A program made the position numbers and the translations under genes. Source: a virus (taxonomy: Duplodnaviria; Caudoviricetes). Taken from it: DNA of 25,144 nucleotides. Of this stretch, positions 14,301 to 22,158 are shown in pieces. The DNA lies in IMG/VR virus record IMGVR_UViG_3300027114_000015, positions 1 to 25,144 of that record. One strand, 5' to 3'. The notes under the pieces were generated by a model. The model did no database searches. It was not told the DNA's origin and saw only the letters and a list, made by a program, of their open reading frames with translations. Each line of letters opens with the position of its first letter. Position 1 is the first letter of the stretch.

Positions 14301-15530
14301 GAGAAGCTCATGGTGGCCCCTGTTGGCTCAGACGTGCAGGGCAAGCTCCTGAAGAAGGCCGGTGGCGGGGCAATCAAAAAGGCTGCCAAAGCCGCTAAGG
14401 CTGCATCAAAGGCCAAGCCTACTGAAGACATGCTCTCCAAGTTTATTGAGAGCAGCGTGGTGAAGACTCCCGAGGGTAAGCCTCTTACCGTTTATCGTGG
14501 ACAGCGTCGGGATGCAGGAGCAACGAGTACTGATCTTCGTTCCCGTGCAACGCCAAGCTTTACGGACAACCGGGAGGTGGCGAACATCTACTCATTGACG
14601 CCACAAGGTCAGATGGGCAGTGACTCGTTTGTGATGCCGGCTTATCTGCAAATGAAGAGTCCGATTGATTTTCGCGAGTATGGCAATGAGCCAACTTATT
14701 TCTCGTATCTGTTAGGTGACTCTGGAATTTATGGGAAGGCATCGGACGAAGAGGTGTTGAACATACTGAATGATTTGAGAAAGCAACAAGAGCTGACCAA
14801 CTTTGATTATTCGTATGACATTGGTTACGAAGACTTAGATCAGATTTATTACGATTACCTGTCCGCTCTGCGCGAAGGCGACACGAATGCCATGGAGGAA
14901 ATCATTGGCAACCTGAGAATAGATCCGTTCGCAGCGGCAGATTCAAAACTGTTTGTGGATACCGTCAAGAAGTACACGGATCATGACGGGATGATCGTAA
15001 AGGACGTTTTGGTTCCCCGGCTTGCCGAGAAGGCTGGCACCAATCAGTACGACACCTACAGACCGTTTTACCAAACTCAGATCAAGTCTGCGATTGGTAA
15101 CCGAGGGACATACGATACTAAAGACCCAGACGTTACCAAGGCCGGTGGTGGCGCTATACGCAAGGCCGCCAAGGCTGCTAAAGCCGCTTCCAAGGCTTCC
15201 GAACCAAAAGAGCAGCCCATCTACTGGGGAATGTATCGTGGTTACGCTGGAGACGATGTGAGCGCTACTGAGCCGCAGTTCGCAGCGATGGACAAGAAGG
15301 TGGCTGAGTACTATGCCAAAAAGCGGGCTGCACAGACTGGGCTTCCCCCTCACCTTGAGATGATCTACAAGCAGTTGGAAGCCGGCAGGAAATATGGCCA
15401 CACCGTGCCGATGGACGAGCATAATCGTGAGCTACTGATCACGCAGGCGTATGAACTGCAACCGGAAGAGATTAAGGGCCGTTACCAGCTCAAAAAGCGT
15501 GGCGGCCTTGCATCATTGGAGCGCAAATGA
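11400..15530 (+). CDS. large multidomain (polyvalent-type) protein A with ADP-ribosyltransferase-like module(s), likely virion-internal
   Basis: 1376 aa with modules separated by three GG-AI(K/R)KAxKAAKxASKA linkers. One module has the ART-PolyVal-like pattern PLTVYRG...SFTD...A..YS...PAYLQMKSP...QIKSAIGN. Start may be ATG 11409. Confidence 0.75.
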   Translation: MDVMTPEELRLLRLFGSAPLPSPKANEVPFPMGDPRMEEERQRLAREYQAGRAAQRKTFRDAPIEEQIKAIGNTAGFFGGAVLEGLAEPFAKLGGGTAEGSLTDYFAPKTPAQSAALGESAEALYPVAQAFEAAKIPDITPGMLTSPTRLFDDATRQVAMAAKQGVKTAGRAASSMEDMLRQRVSAPVGSVQLTQSQPTQNPLGFYSALDRATDSLQNKGTGQQFLNQITNMQGVKADEIKWTGLDEFLKGKKDVTKQEVKDYLNANQVKLEEVRLGEMSPEQAAALAQAKNRYREITDLVADTRQKVEEGVLSSQEGRAILEPLSAERSRLDNQILTGGATPTKFRSYSTRGGQNYRELLLTLPFEKTSPRFNDIVKQYAEEFKVPEELAREELTTYVVAPEETSRIPKYEKLLSESGVINQFESSHFDQPNILAHMRVSDFEQDGKKIMLVDEVQSDWHQEGRKRGYDTPEVKAAEQQKLDSITARREQLLEEQRRLEELELPYLSQGEDVPFEIGDQLTDVINRIQNLEEEQFRLASGLKKQIPDAPFKTTWHELALRRAVREASEKGFDKIAIPTGSVQNDRYKLSNFVNAIDYRKNDDGTYGLIALDDQGNSVITKNRLTESQLEDTIGKEMAKKIVNGVGESFEEGSTAAKEGYKKISGIDLEVGGEGMKGFYDQMVPKYLNKLGSKFGTKVTRGTIKDANGKDVPVHELTITPQMRKSVLEQGQPLFAAVPAVGLTQEEEGYASGGAIKKAGKAAKKASKATDLEAEYSQLKAALEQVREGGRTPVVPAPNRWFMNPEKFPGPQGMIERALANVNQERSAFGSGAYINPVTGEILDSAVMENLLVAIDPKTGRPMMSGRMTDLEELEKSLGSQTLSNLVRKGLFKHSGGDPILADLPFIATIEKGPHFYGLSTEYASPAMLFNTGKGDNPTLRPKSRGSLFAVGDEVGEVQLQGRPHPVYEKLMVAPVGSDVQGKLLKKAGGGAIKKAAKAAKAASKAKPTEDMLSKFIESSVVKTPEGKPLTVYRGQRRDAGATSTDLRSRATPSFTDNREVANIYSLTPQGQMGSDSFVMPAYLQMKSPIDFREYGNEPTYFSYLLGDSGIYGKASDEEVLNILNDLRKQQELTNFDYSYDIGYEDLDQIYYDYLSALREGDTNAMEEIIGNLRIDPFAAADSKLFVDTVKKYTDHDGMIVKDVLVPRLAEKAGTNQYDTYRPFYQTQIKSAIGNRGTYDTKDPDVTKAGGGAIRKAAKAAKAASKASEPKEQPIYWGMYRGYAGDDVSATEPQFAAMDKKVAEYYAKKRAAQTGLPPHLEMIYKQLEAGRKYGHTVPMDEHNRELLITQAYELQPEEIKGRYQLKKRGGLASLERK
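13644..15197 (+). repeat. three ~60-nt in-frame linker repeats
   Basis: 13644-13703 YASGGAIKKAGKAAKKASKA; 14355-14414 KAGGGAIKKAAKAAKAASKA; 15138-15197 KAGGGAIRKAAKAAKAASKA. Confidence 0.9.
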
Positions 15531-18500
15531 AAGATCCGCGATCAATTGATGAGCAGATAGAGGCGTTTCGACGCGGAGAGGGGTTTGAGCCCTTAAAGCA
15601 GACGGAGATGCGTCCATATGACCCCACACCACGAGAGCGGCTTTCGTCTGGTCTGCAAAGTGGATTGGAAGCGATTGGCTTGGCCAGACCTCGAGCTCGA
15701 TCGTTATCGCAAACAGTGTTTGGCGGCGAGTCATCAAACCTCCCTATTGGGATGGGCCTTGCAGATGTCACGCCATTTTTGGGTACGGCATTGCAAACGC
15801 CGGAGGCCATTAGAGACCTTCAGGCAGCGGGCACATCGGCTCAGCAAGGTGATGTCATTGGCGCCGGCATAGAGGGGTTGTTTGGCGTGATGGGCATGAT
15901 CCCCGGGGTGGCCGCAACAAAAAAAGCGTTAACCAAGACGAAGCCTGCTATTGTAGAAGGTGGTGTTAAACAAAGAGGTGCTTATGAAACCAAGCAAGAA
16001 GGACCTTTCTACCGAGTCCGTCCAAGCAATGATCAAGCGGCTCAGGGCAAAGGCTTCGGCACGAAGGAAGACGTCGGGTCCCCGTCCGTCGCAGGAGGAG
16101 CTCGAGGCGATGTTTCGCAACCAGTTACGGACGAGACAGTTCGGTCAGTAATGAACTCCCCGGACAATTTTGTCCGGCAGGTGGCCAATCAATATTCTTT
16201 AACGGCTACGAAGCAGCCGTATGAATTGCCGAACATTCCCCAGAGCTCTTTGGCCAAGCAAGGCGGAATTGGGCGCACATTTGAGCTTGCGGCATCAGAT
16301 GACTCAGGCTACAAAAAAGCTGTGTTTGATGCATACGCCTCAAAGTATCCGGACTTGGTGGATCAGTCGGGGGCGGTTGATTACGACTCGTTGATGGCAA
16401 AGTCTTATGCTCAGTTGGCAAAAGAGACCAAAGATCAGTTCAACGCGTTGCCGGTCAACATGTCTTTTCACCGTGCGGGTGAGGGCAACTATGCTGACAG
16501 CAAAGAGCTGCTGAGGGACATATACGGCAATCGCCACATGTACGTTTATCAGGGTGGTGATCCTCACGATTTTTTGAATGAGGTAGATCCATCGACCGGA
16601 TTGAATACCAACGAAATGTTCCGAGCAGTGCATGACTTTTTTGGTCATGCCATACATGGGAATCAATTTGGGCCAAAGGGGGAGGAGATTGCGTGGGCGG
16701 CGCACAGCAAGATGTTCTCTCCGCTTGCGCGTATTGCCATGACGTCTGAGACCCGCGGACAAAATTCGTTTGTGAATTACACGCCGATCAACGCTGAACT
16801 CAAGTCATTGATCAATGAGCTAAACGCTGATTTGTATGACGCTCGTAGGCGTGGGAACGATAAGCAGGTGCGCGAGATTGAGGGTGATCTGAAAGAAGCA
16901 TGGAGCAACTTTCAGTTTGCGCCACAAAAAAGCTTGATTCTTCCGCCCGAGTTTTTGGATCTGGATTACACCGGTGGGATTCCCGGGTATTTGAAGCCCC
17001 TCATTCGCCCGCAATCCGGAACTGCTGTATCGGAAAGGCTCACACACTTTAGCCCGGTTGAAAGCCTTATCATGACTGATCCAAAGCGTTTTGGGACGGG
17101 CATCAAGGGTGCGGAGATGGAGCGGTTGCGAGGAACAACTTCGCCCGTGATGGAGCGTTCATACTTTTACACCGGAGACCCAAGTCAAATCCAACCAGAG
17201 GCTGGGTTGGGAGGGTTTCGATATGGCGCCCAAGGGCAAGATTTGTACGACATCAGCGCTGACCCGCTTGGATTTTCAACGCTTTCAAGGGAAGTAAATC
17301 GTATGCCTTACTCTGCAAAGTTTAACAAGGGGGTGGTGGATCGGCCTCAAATGGAGACCGACATTGAGCGCCTTGCAAAGGAGTATGGGTATCAGGGGTT
17401 GGTAAGCCCAAAGCAGGGAATGGCAATCATGTATGAGCCGGTCCCTGTCCAAAGGTTTGGCAAAGGCGGCGGCGTAAAAAGCGACGTGAAAGAGTGGGTC
17501 AAAAACGCTTCTGAAAACATCAAAAGTTACTTGAAAAAGAAGGGCGGGTCAGCATCGGATACTGCTCTACAGAATGCGCTTGAAAAATCTGCAACAGATA
17601 TTGCTCAGGCAAATCCAAAGCTTTCAGAGTTGGAGCTTGCAAAACGTGCAGAAAATGACGTGAGAAAGAAATTTACGTGGGAGCGTGTTGACAAACCAGA
17701 GGCGGAAAAAAAGTTTGGTGCTCTTCAGAGGTCCTCATACTCAGACCCTAAGGGTCAGCGTCTTAGAAACACGGACCCCGCGGTTCAAGAACGAATTCAA
17801 AAGACTTTGGATTTTTTGAGCGCTCCGACTAAACCATGGACGCCGCCCAAAAAAGAATTGCAAGCATTTGATCGGTCCTCTATCAAAGATGCTCTCGAGG
17901 GGTTTCCGGGCGTTGAACAAACCAGATTTACAAGGGACGTTGCTCCGAGGGCAAATATTGACTATGTAACCGAGATGTATGAAGACCCAGTCAATCGCAG
18001 CCTGATTGAGCAGCAGATTAAGCGTGGATTGCCTCTAGGCGGCGAGACGTTTTATGCGTCTTTGTATCCTTTGCAACAAGCCGCTCTTGATCGGAACATC
18101 CCAATTGAAAAGTTTCAGGAGTTTGTGTACGCATTGGCGCCGGCCAGCGCAAGAAACTCAATTTTGAATGAGGTGGCGGTTGGTCAATTCTTGCGGGACA
18201 TGCATGCAAGGGGGTTGCCTCTTGATCAACAAACAGTAGACATTGAAAAAGAGCTTTTTAAAAAGAAGTATGGTGTTGGTTTGCCGTTAATGCCCATTCA
18301 TAGAGAGGGCGTTCAGGATGTGTTGGAAAACAGGGTTAATTTGAGGGATAGGTCAATTGCTAACATACCTACAAATTACAAAATTCCAACGTATGGAACG
18401 CAAAAGGCAGGCGATTTTGGAAAGTCTGTTGTGTTGGACGTGCATGAAGCCGCAGGTCAAACACGGGGTAGCGCGTATCACCCCTACTTTACGGAGCAGG

Positions 18501-18886
18501 GCGGCTTTCAAAATAAAGAATACGGCGCCGCTGAAAACGAGATGTTGAAGATTGCTGAGTCTTTGGGCATTCCCGGTGGCATGGCGCAGGCTGGCCGTTG
18601 GTTTGGCGGTGGCGAATTGACCGGATTGAAGTCTCCTCGAGGCGACGCATTGGATCTGCTTGAGCGACAGGCTGCATATACGCTTCAAGGTCAAGGCGTA
18701 ACGCCAACACCGAAAAACGTGCGTAACTACATTCTCGATATGATTGAGACTGGGCAAGGGGTTATGATGCCTTATTACAAGAGCGACACAATTCCTGACA
18801 TGCGTGTGATTAAGAAAAAGAAGGGCGGCCCAGTTAAGGCGCCCGCATCTGCGCTTTCAAAGGTAAGGAAACCAAAGCATGGCTGA
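15527..18886 (+). CDS. large multidomain (polyvalent-type) protein B
   Basis: 1119 aa, ATGA-coupled to protein A. Contains RAVHDFFGH (zincin-like), LTHFS..DP..FGTG..RSYFY (ART-like), an FGKGGGV linker, VVLDVH...AQAGRW (HhH glycosylase-like), and KKKKGGPVK near the C-terminus. Confidence 0.7.
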   Translation: MKDPRSIDEQIEAFRRGEGFEPLKQTEMRPYDPTPRERLSSGLQSGLEAIGLARPRARSLSQTVFGGESSNLPIGMGLADVTPFLGTALQTPEAIRDLQAAGTSAQQGDVIGAGIEGLFGVMGMIPGVAATKKALTKTKPAIVEGGVKQRGAYETKQEGPFYRVRPSNDQAAQGKGFGTKEDVGSPSVAGGARGDVSQPVTDETVRSVMNSPDNFVRQVANQYSLTATKQPYELPNIPQSSLAKQGGIGRTFELAASDDSGYKKAVFDAYASKYPDLVDQSGAVDYDSLMAKSYAQLAKETKDQFNALPVNMSFHRAGEGNYADSKELLRDIYGNRHMYVYQGGDPHDFLNEVDPSTGLNTNEMFRAVHDFFGHAIHGNQFGPKGEEIAWAAHSKMFSPLARIAMTSETRGQNSFVNYTPINAELKSLINELNADLYDARRRGNDKQVREIEGDLKEAWSNFQFAPQKSLILPPEFLDLDYTGGIPGYLKPLIRPQSGTAVSERLTHFSPVESLIMTDPKRFGTGIKGAEMERLRGTTSPVMERSYFYTGDPSQIQPEAGLGGFRYGAQGQDLYDISADPLGFSTLSREVNRMPYSAKFNKGVVDRPQMETDIERLAKEYGYQGLVSPKQGMAIMYEPVPVQRFGKGGGVKSDVKEWVKNASENIKSYLKKKGGSASDTALQNALEKSATDIAQANPKLSELELAKRAENDVRKKFTWERVDKPEAEKKFGALQRSSYSDPKGQRLRNTDPAVQERIQKTLDFLSAPTKPWTPPKKELQAFDRSSIKDALEGFPGVEQTRFTRDVAPRANIDYVTEMYEDPVNRSLIEQQIKRGLPLGGETFYASLYPLQQAALDRNIPIEKFQEFVYALAPASARNSILNEVAVGQFLRDMHARGLPLDQQTVDIEKELFKKKYGVGLPLMPIHREGVQDVLENRVNLRDRSIANIPTNYKIPTYGTQKAGDFGKSVVLDVHEAAGQTRGSAYHPYFTEQGGFQNKEYGAAENEMLKIAESLGIPGGMAQAGRWFGGGELTGLKSPRGDALDLLERQAAYTLQGQGVTPTPKNVRNYILDMIETGQGVMMPYYKSDTIPDMRVIKKKKGGPVKAPASALSKVRKPKHG

Positions 18887-21416
18887 GCAATTCCCCATCG
18901 ATCCTGAGTTTCAGCGCTTTGTAGGCGGCCTTGAGGGTGAAGAGATCCCTGAAGAGGGCATTGAAGTCGACGTTGAGCTCGGAAACGCCGAGATTGAGGA
19001 GCTGCCTGACGGCTCTGCGGTGGTGACCATGGAGCCTGAGGGCCCAGAAGAGAACCCCGACTTCTACGCAAACCTTGCTGACGACCCTCGGATTGATCCG
19101 TTTGACCTCCAGAAGCTGGCCATGCGGTTCATTGAGTACGCTGAGAAGGACAAGCAGGCTCGTGAAGACCGTGACAAGCAGTACGAAGAGGGGATCAAGC
19201 GCACCGGACTGGGCAATGACGCCCCCGGCGGAGCCAACTTCCAAGGCGCATCGAAGGTTGTGCACCCTGCCATGGCTGAGGCCTGTATCGACTTTGCTGC
19301 TCGAGCCGTCAAAGAGCTTTTCCCGCCTGATGGTCCTACCCGCACCAAGATTATTGGCAAGGTTGACGACGAAAAAGTCGCGATTGCTGAGCGCAAACGT
19401 GACCTGATGAACTGGCAGTTGACGGAACAGATCGAAGAGTTCCGTGACGAGCAAGAGCAGATGATGACCCAGCTACCTTTGGGTGGCTCTCAGTACATGA
19501 AGCTCTGGTATGACGAGAGCAAAAAGCGTCCGTGTGCTCAGTTCCTGCCGATTGATAACGTCCTTTTGCCGTTTGCTGCTGGAAACTTCTACACCGCCCA
19601 GCGTGTTACCGAGGTCGACATCATCACGCAGTACGAATTCGACCAGCGAATTGACCGCGGGATGTATCGGGACATCAGTTTCGTCAAGACGTCGATTGAA
19701 CCCACCCAAACGGGGCCACAAAAGGCCACGAACAAGATTGAGGGTAAGAAGTTCGACGAGAACGACGACGGCTTACGCAAGGTTTATCACGTCTACACGT
19801 GGCTCGAGCTTGAAGACGACCAGTTTTCCAAAGGAAAGTCTGCGCCTTACATCCTGATGATTGACGATCAGGAGTCTGAGGTCGTTGGACTCTACCGTAA
19901 CTGGGAAGAGGGCGACGAGCGCATGATCAAGCTGGACTGGATCATTGAGTTCAAGTTCATCCCTTGGCGTGGTGCTTATGCTATTGGCCTTCCCCACCTG
20001 ATTGGCGGCCTGTCTGCGGCTCTTACGGGCGCTCTGCGGGCCCTGATGGACTCAGCGCACATCAATAACGCTGCGACCATGATCAAACTGAAGGGGGCGA
20101 AGGTCTCCGGTCAGTCTCAAAACGTGGAAGTCACGCAGGTTGCTGAGATTGAAGCCGCTCCGGGTGTGGATGACATCCGAAAAGTGGCCATGCCCATGCC
20201 GTTTAACCCTCCCAGCCCAGTTTTGTACCAGCTTCTGGGGTGGTTAACGACCGCAGCCAAGGGTGTTGTGACGACGGCTGAAGAAAAGATCGCTGACGTC
20301 AACGCAAATACCCCTGTTGGCACGACTCAGGCGCTGATTGAGCAGGGAGCGGTGGTTTTCTCATCGATTCACGCCCGATTGCATGAGTCTCAGGGCCGTT
20401 TGCTCAAGGTTTTGGGTCGAATCAACCGTTGGTACCTCGATGACATGATGTTGGGCGACATGGTCGCTGATCTTGAGGTCAAGCGAGAGGATTTCTCACG
20501 GAATACGGACGTAATCCCTGTTTCTGACCCGCATATCTTCTCGGAAACCCAGCGTATGGCCCAGACCCAAGCGGTTATGGCCATCATGGACAAGAATCCC
20601 GACATGTTTAACCGCTCGGTGGTGATTCAGCGCTTCTTAAAGCAGTTGAAGGTCCCGGGTGTTAACGAATTGATGGTAAATGTCCCCGCTCCGGAGAAGA
20701 GAGATGCAGCGAACGAGAACGTTGCCATGTCGATTGGGCAGGCTGCGTATGCTTATCCTGAGCAGGATCACCTTGGCCACATACAGACGCACCTTGATTT
20801 TGCTAAGGACCCTGTTTTTGGCAAGAACCCGCTGATCGCACCTCATTACTTACCTAAGGCGATTGAGCACATTAAGCAGCACTTGGTGCTCTGGTACCTG
20901 AACCGCATGAACGGGTACGTTGAGAAGAGTGCCGGCGAGGTGCCTGATTACGCCATCCTGACCGATCCTAAGACGGTGGACAAGCTTTACGCTGCCGTGG
21001 CTCAGCACGTCACCATGGACGCCGAGGAGACCCTCAAGGGGGTCATGCCGGTCATCCAAGAGATGGTCAAGACCATGGAGCAGTTCAAGCCCAAGCCCCA
21101 GCTACCGCCTGATGCTCAGGTTCTCATGGAGACATCCATGGCTGAGACCCAGAGACGTGCCCAGCGGGATCAGGCTGAGATGCAACTCAAGGCCCAGAAG
21201 GACAAGGCTGAGATTGAGCTGGATCTCAAGAAGCAGGCCAACGACATGCAGATGGCCATGGAAGAACTTCAACTGAAGCTGGCCATTGCGACCGGCGATC
21301 AGGAAATGAAGGAGCGGATTGAAACGGCAAGGTTGTCCCGTGACGCCGCTCGGTTGCAGTACGACCAAGAGAAAACCGTTGTTGAACTTGCCAAAGGAGG
21401 CATTGTAAATGTCTGA
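18879..21416 (+). CDS. portal protein (P22-like) with C-terminal coiled-coil barrel
   Basis: 845 aa; VVHPAMAEACIDFAAR, LPLGGSQYMKLWY, FIPWRGAYAIGL and PVGTTQALIEQG blocks; Gln/Glu-rich helical tail; position upstream of scaffold and capsid genes. Confidence 0.88.
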   Translation: MAEQFPIDPEFQRFVGGLEGEEIPEEGIEVDVELGNAEIEELPDGSAVVTMEPEGPEENPDFYANLADDPRIDPFDLQKLAMRFIEYAEKDKQAREDRDKQYEEGIKRTGLGNDAPGGANFQGASKVVHPAMAEACIDFAARAVKELFPPDGPTRTKIIGKVDDEKVAIAERKRDLMNWQLTEQIEEFRDEQEQMMTQLPLGGSQYMKLWYDESKKRPCAQFLPIDNVLLPFAAGNFYTAQRVTEVDIITQYEFDQRIDRGMYRDISFVKTSIEPTQTGPQKATNKIEGKKFDENDDGLRKVYHVYTWLELEDDQFSKGKSAPYILMIDDQESEVVGLYRNWEEGDERMIKLDWIIEFKFIPWRGAYAIGLPHLIGGLSAALTGALRALMDSAHINNAATMIKLKGAKVSGQSQNVEVTQVAEIEAAPGVDDIRKVAMPMPFNPPSPVLYQLLGWLTTAAKGVVTTAEEKIADVNANTPVGTTQALIEQGAVVFSSIHARLHESQGRLLKVLGRINRWYLDDMMLGDMVADLEVKREDFSRNTDVIPVSDPHIFSETQRMAQTQAVMAIMDKNPDMFNRSVVIQRFLKQLKVPGVNELMVNVPAPEKRDAANENVAMSIGQAAYAYPEQDHLGHIQTHLDFAKDPVFGKNPLIAPHYLPKAIEHIKQHLVLWYLNRMNGYVEKSAGEVPDYAILTDPKTVDKLYAAVAQHVTMDAEETLKGVMPVIQEMVKTMEQFKPKPQLPPDAQVLMETSMAETQRRAQRDQAEMQLKAQKDKAEIELDLKKQANDMQMAMEELQLKLAIATGDQEMKERIETARLSRDAARLQYDQEKTVVELAKGGIVNV

Positions 21417-21555
21417 TCAAAGCCAAAAGTCTGAAATGGTCCCTCAGCACAAGCGCATCGCTATGGGCGTGCCGCTGAATGGACAGTCCATGCAACCCAA
21501 GGGCCAAGCCCCTGCAACCAATGGAGGCGCTCTATCGCAAGCTAAGAAAAAGTGA
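21409..21555 (+). CDS. 48-aa hypothetical protein
   Basis: Below the ORF-track cutoff. AAAGGAGG RBS; MSDQSQKSEMVPQHKRIAMG...SQAKKK; stop overlaps the next GTG. Confidence 0.7.
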   Translation: MSDQSQKSEMVPQHKRIAMGVPLNGQSMQPKGQAPATNGGALSQAKKK

Positions 21556-21734
21556 AGACGTTAGGTGACCTGATAGCGGGTATTAAGGCATCACAGACTG
21601 AAATAAGTCTGGCCCTCGCGCATGGAAAAGCGCCGAACTGGGATGCATATAACCGTTTGACTGGCCAATACCAAGGACTGCAAGACGCCTTGGACATTTT
21701 GAACAACCTGATGAAGGAAGATGAGAATGAGTGA
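21552..21734 (+). CDS. small helical hypothetical protein of the head module
   Basis: Coupled start and stop; G...WDAYNRLTGQYQGL pattern, directly upstream of the GroES-like gene. Confidence 0.75.
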   Translation: MKTLGDLIAGIKASQTEISLALAHGKAPNWDAYNRLTGQYQGLQDALDILNNLMKEDENE

Positions 21735-22158
21735 ACCGGTAGCTTCTAACGAAGCTGAATTGGCTTGGGCATTTCCGAGCGTGGACCCCGGTGCTAAACC
21801 TCTTGGTGGACGTATTTTGGTGCAATTGCGCCGCACGAAGAAGAAAGCAACCAGCGCCGGGATTATTTTGGTTGAAGAAACCAAAGAAACCGAAAAGTGG
21901 CAAAACATGGTCGCAAAGGTCCTAATGATTGGACCACTGGCATTTAAGCATCGCGACACGATGCAGCCTTGGCCCGAGGGGTCTTGGTGTGAGCCGGGTG
22001 ATTTTATCCGTGTCCCAAAGTGGGGCGGCGACCGTTGGGAAGTGAAAGTGCCGGGTGAGGAAGATTTTGAAGAGCCTGCACTGTTCATGATCCTGAATGA
22101 CCACGAAGTGATTGCCAAAGTGACTGGCGATCCCTTAGCGATGAGGGCTTATTTATGA
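21727..22158 (+). CDS. groES: GroES-like co-chaperonin
   Basis: KPLGGRILVQ, mobile loop TSAGIIL, KVLMIGP, PGDFIRVPKWGG, ILNDHEVIAKV. Alternative start at 21721. Confidence 0.88.
   Translation: MSEPVASNEAELAWAFPSVDPGAKPLGGRILVQLRRTKKKATSAGIILVEETKETEKWQNMVAKVLMIGPLAFKHRDTMQPWPEGSWCEPGDFIRVPKWGGDRWEVKVPGEEDFEEPALFMILNDHEVIAKVTGDPLAMRAYL

Noticed and set aside
21387-21416. Portal C-terminus LAKGGIV as another GG linker
   Set aside because: The KGG codons are the AAAGGAGG Shine-Dalgarno of the next ORF, which is enough to explain the motif.
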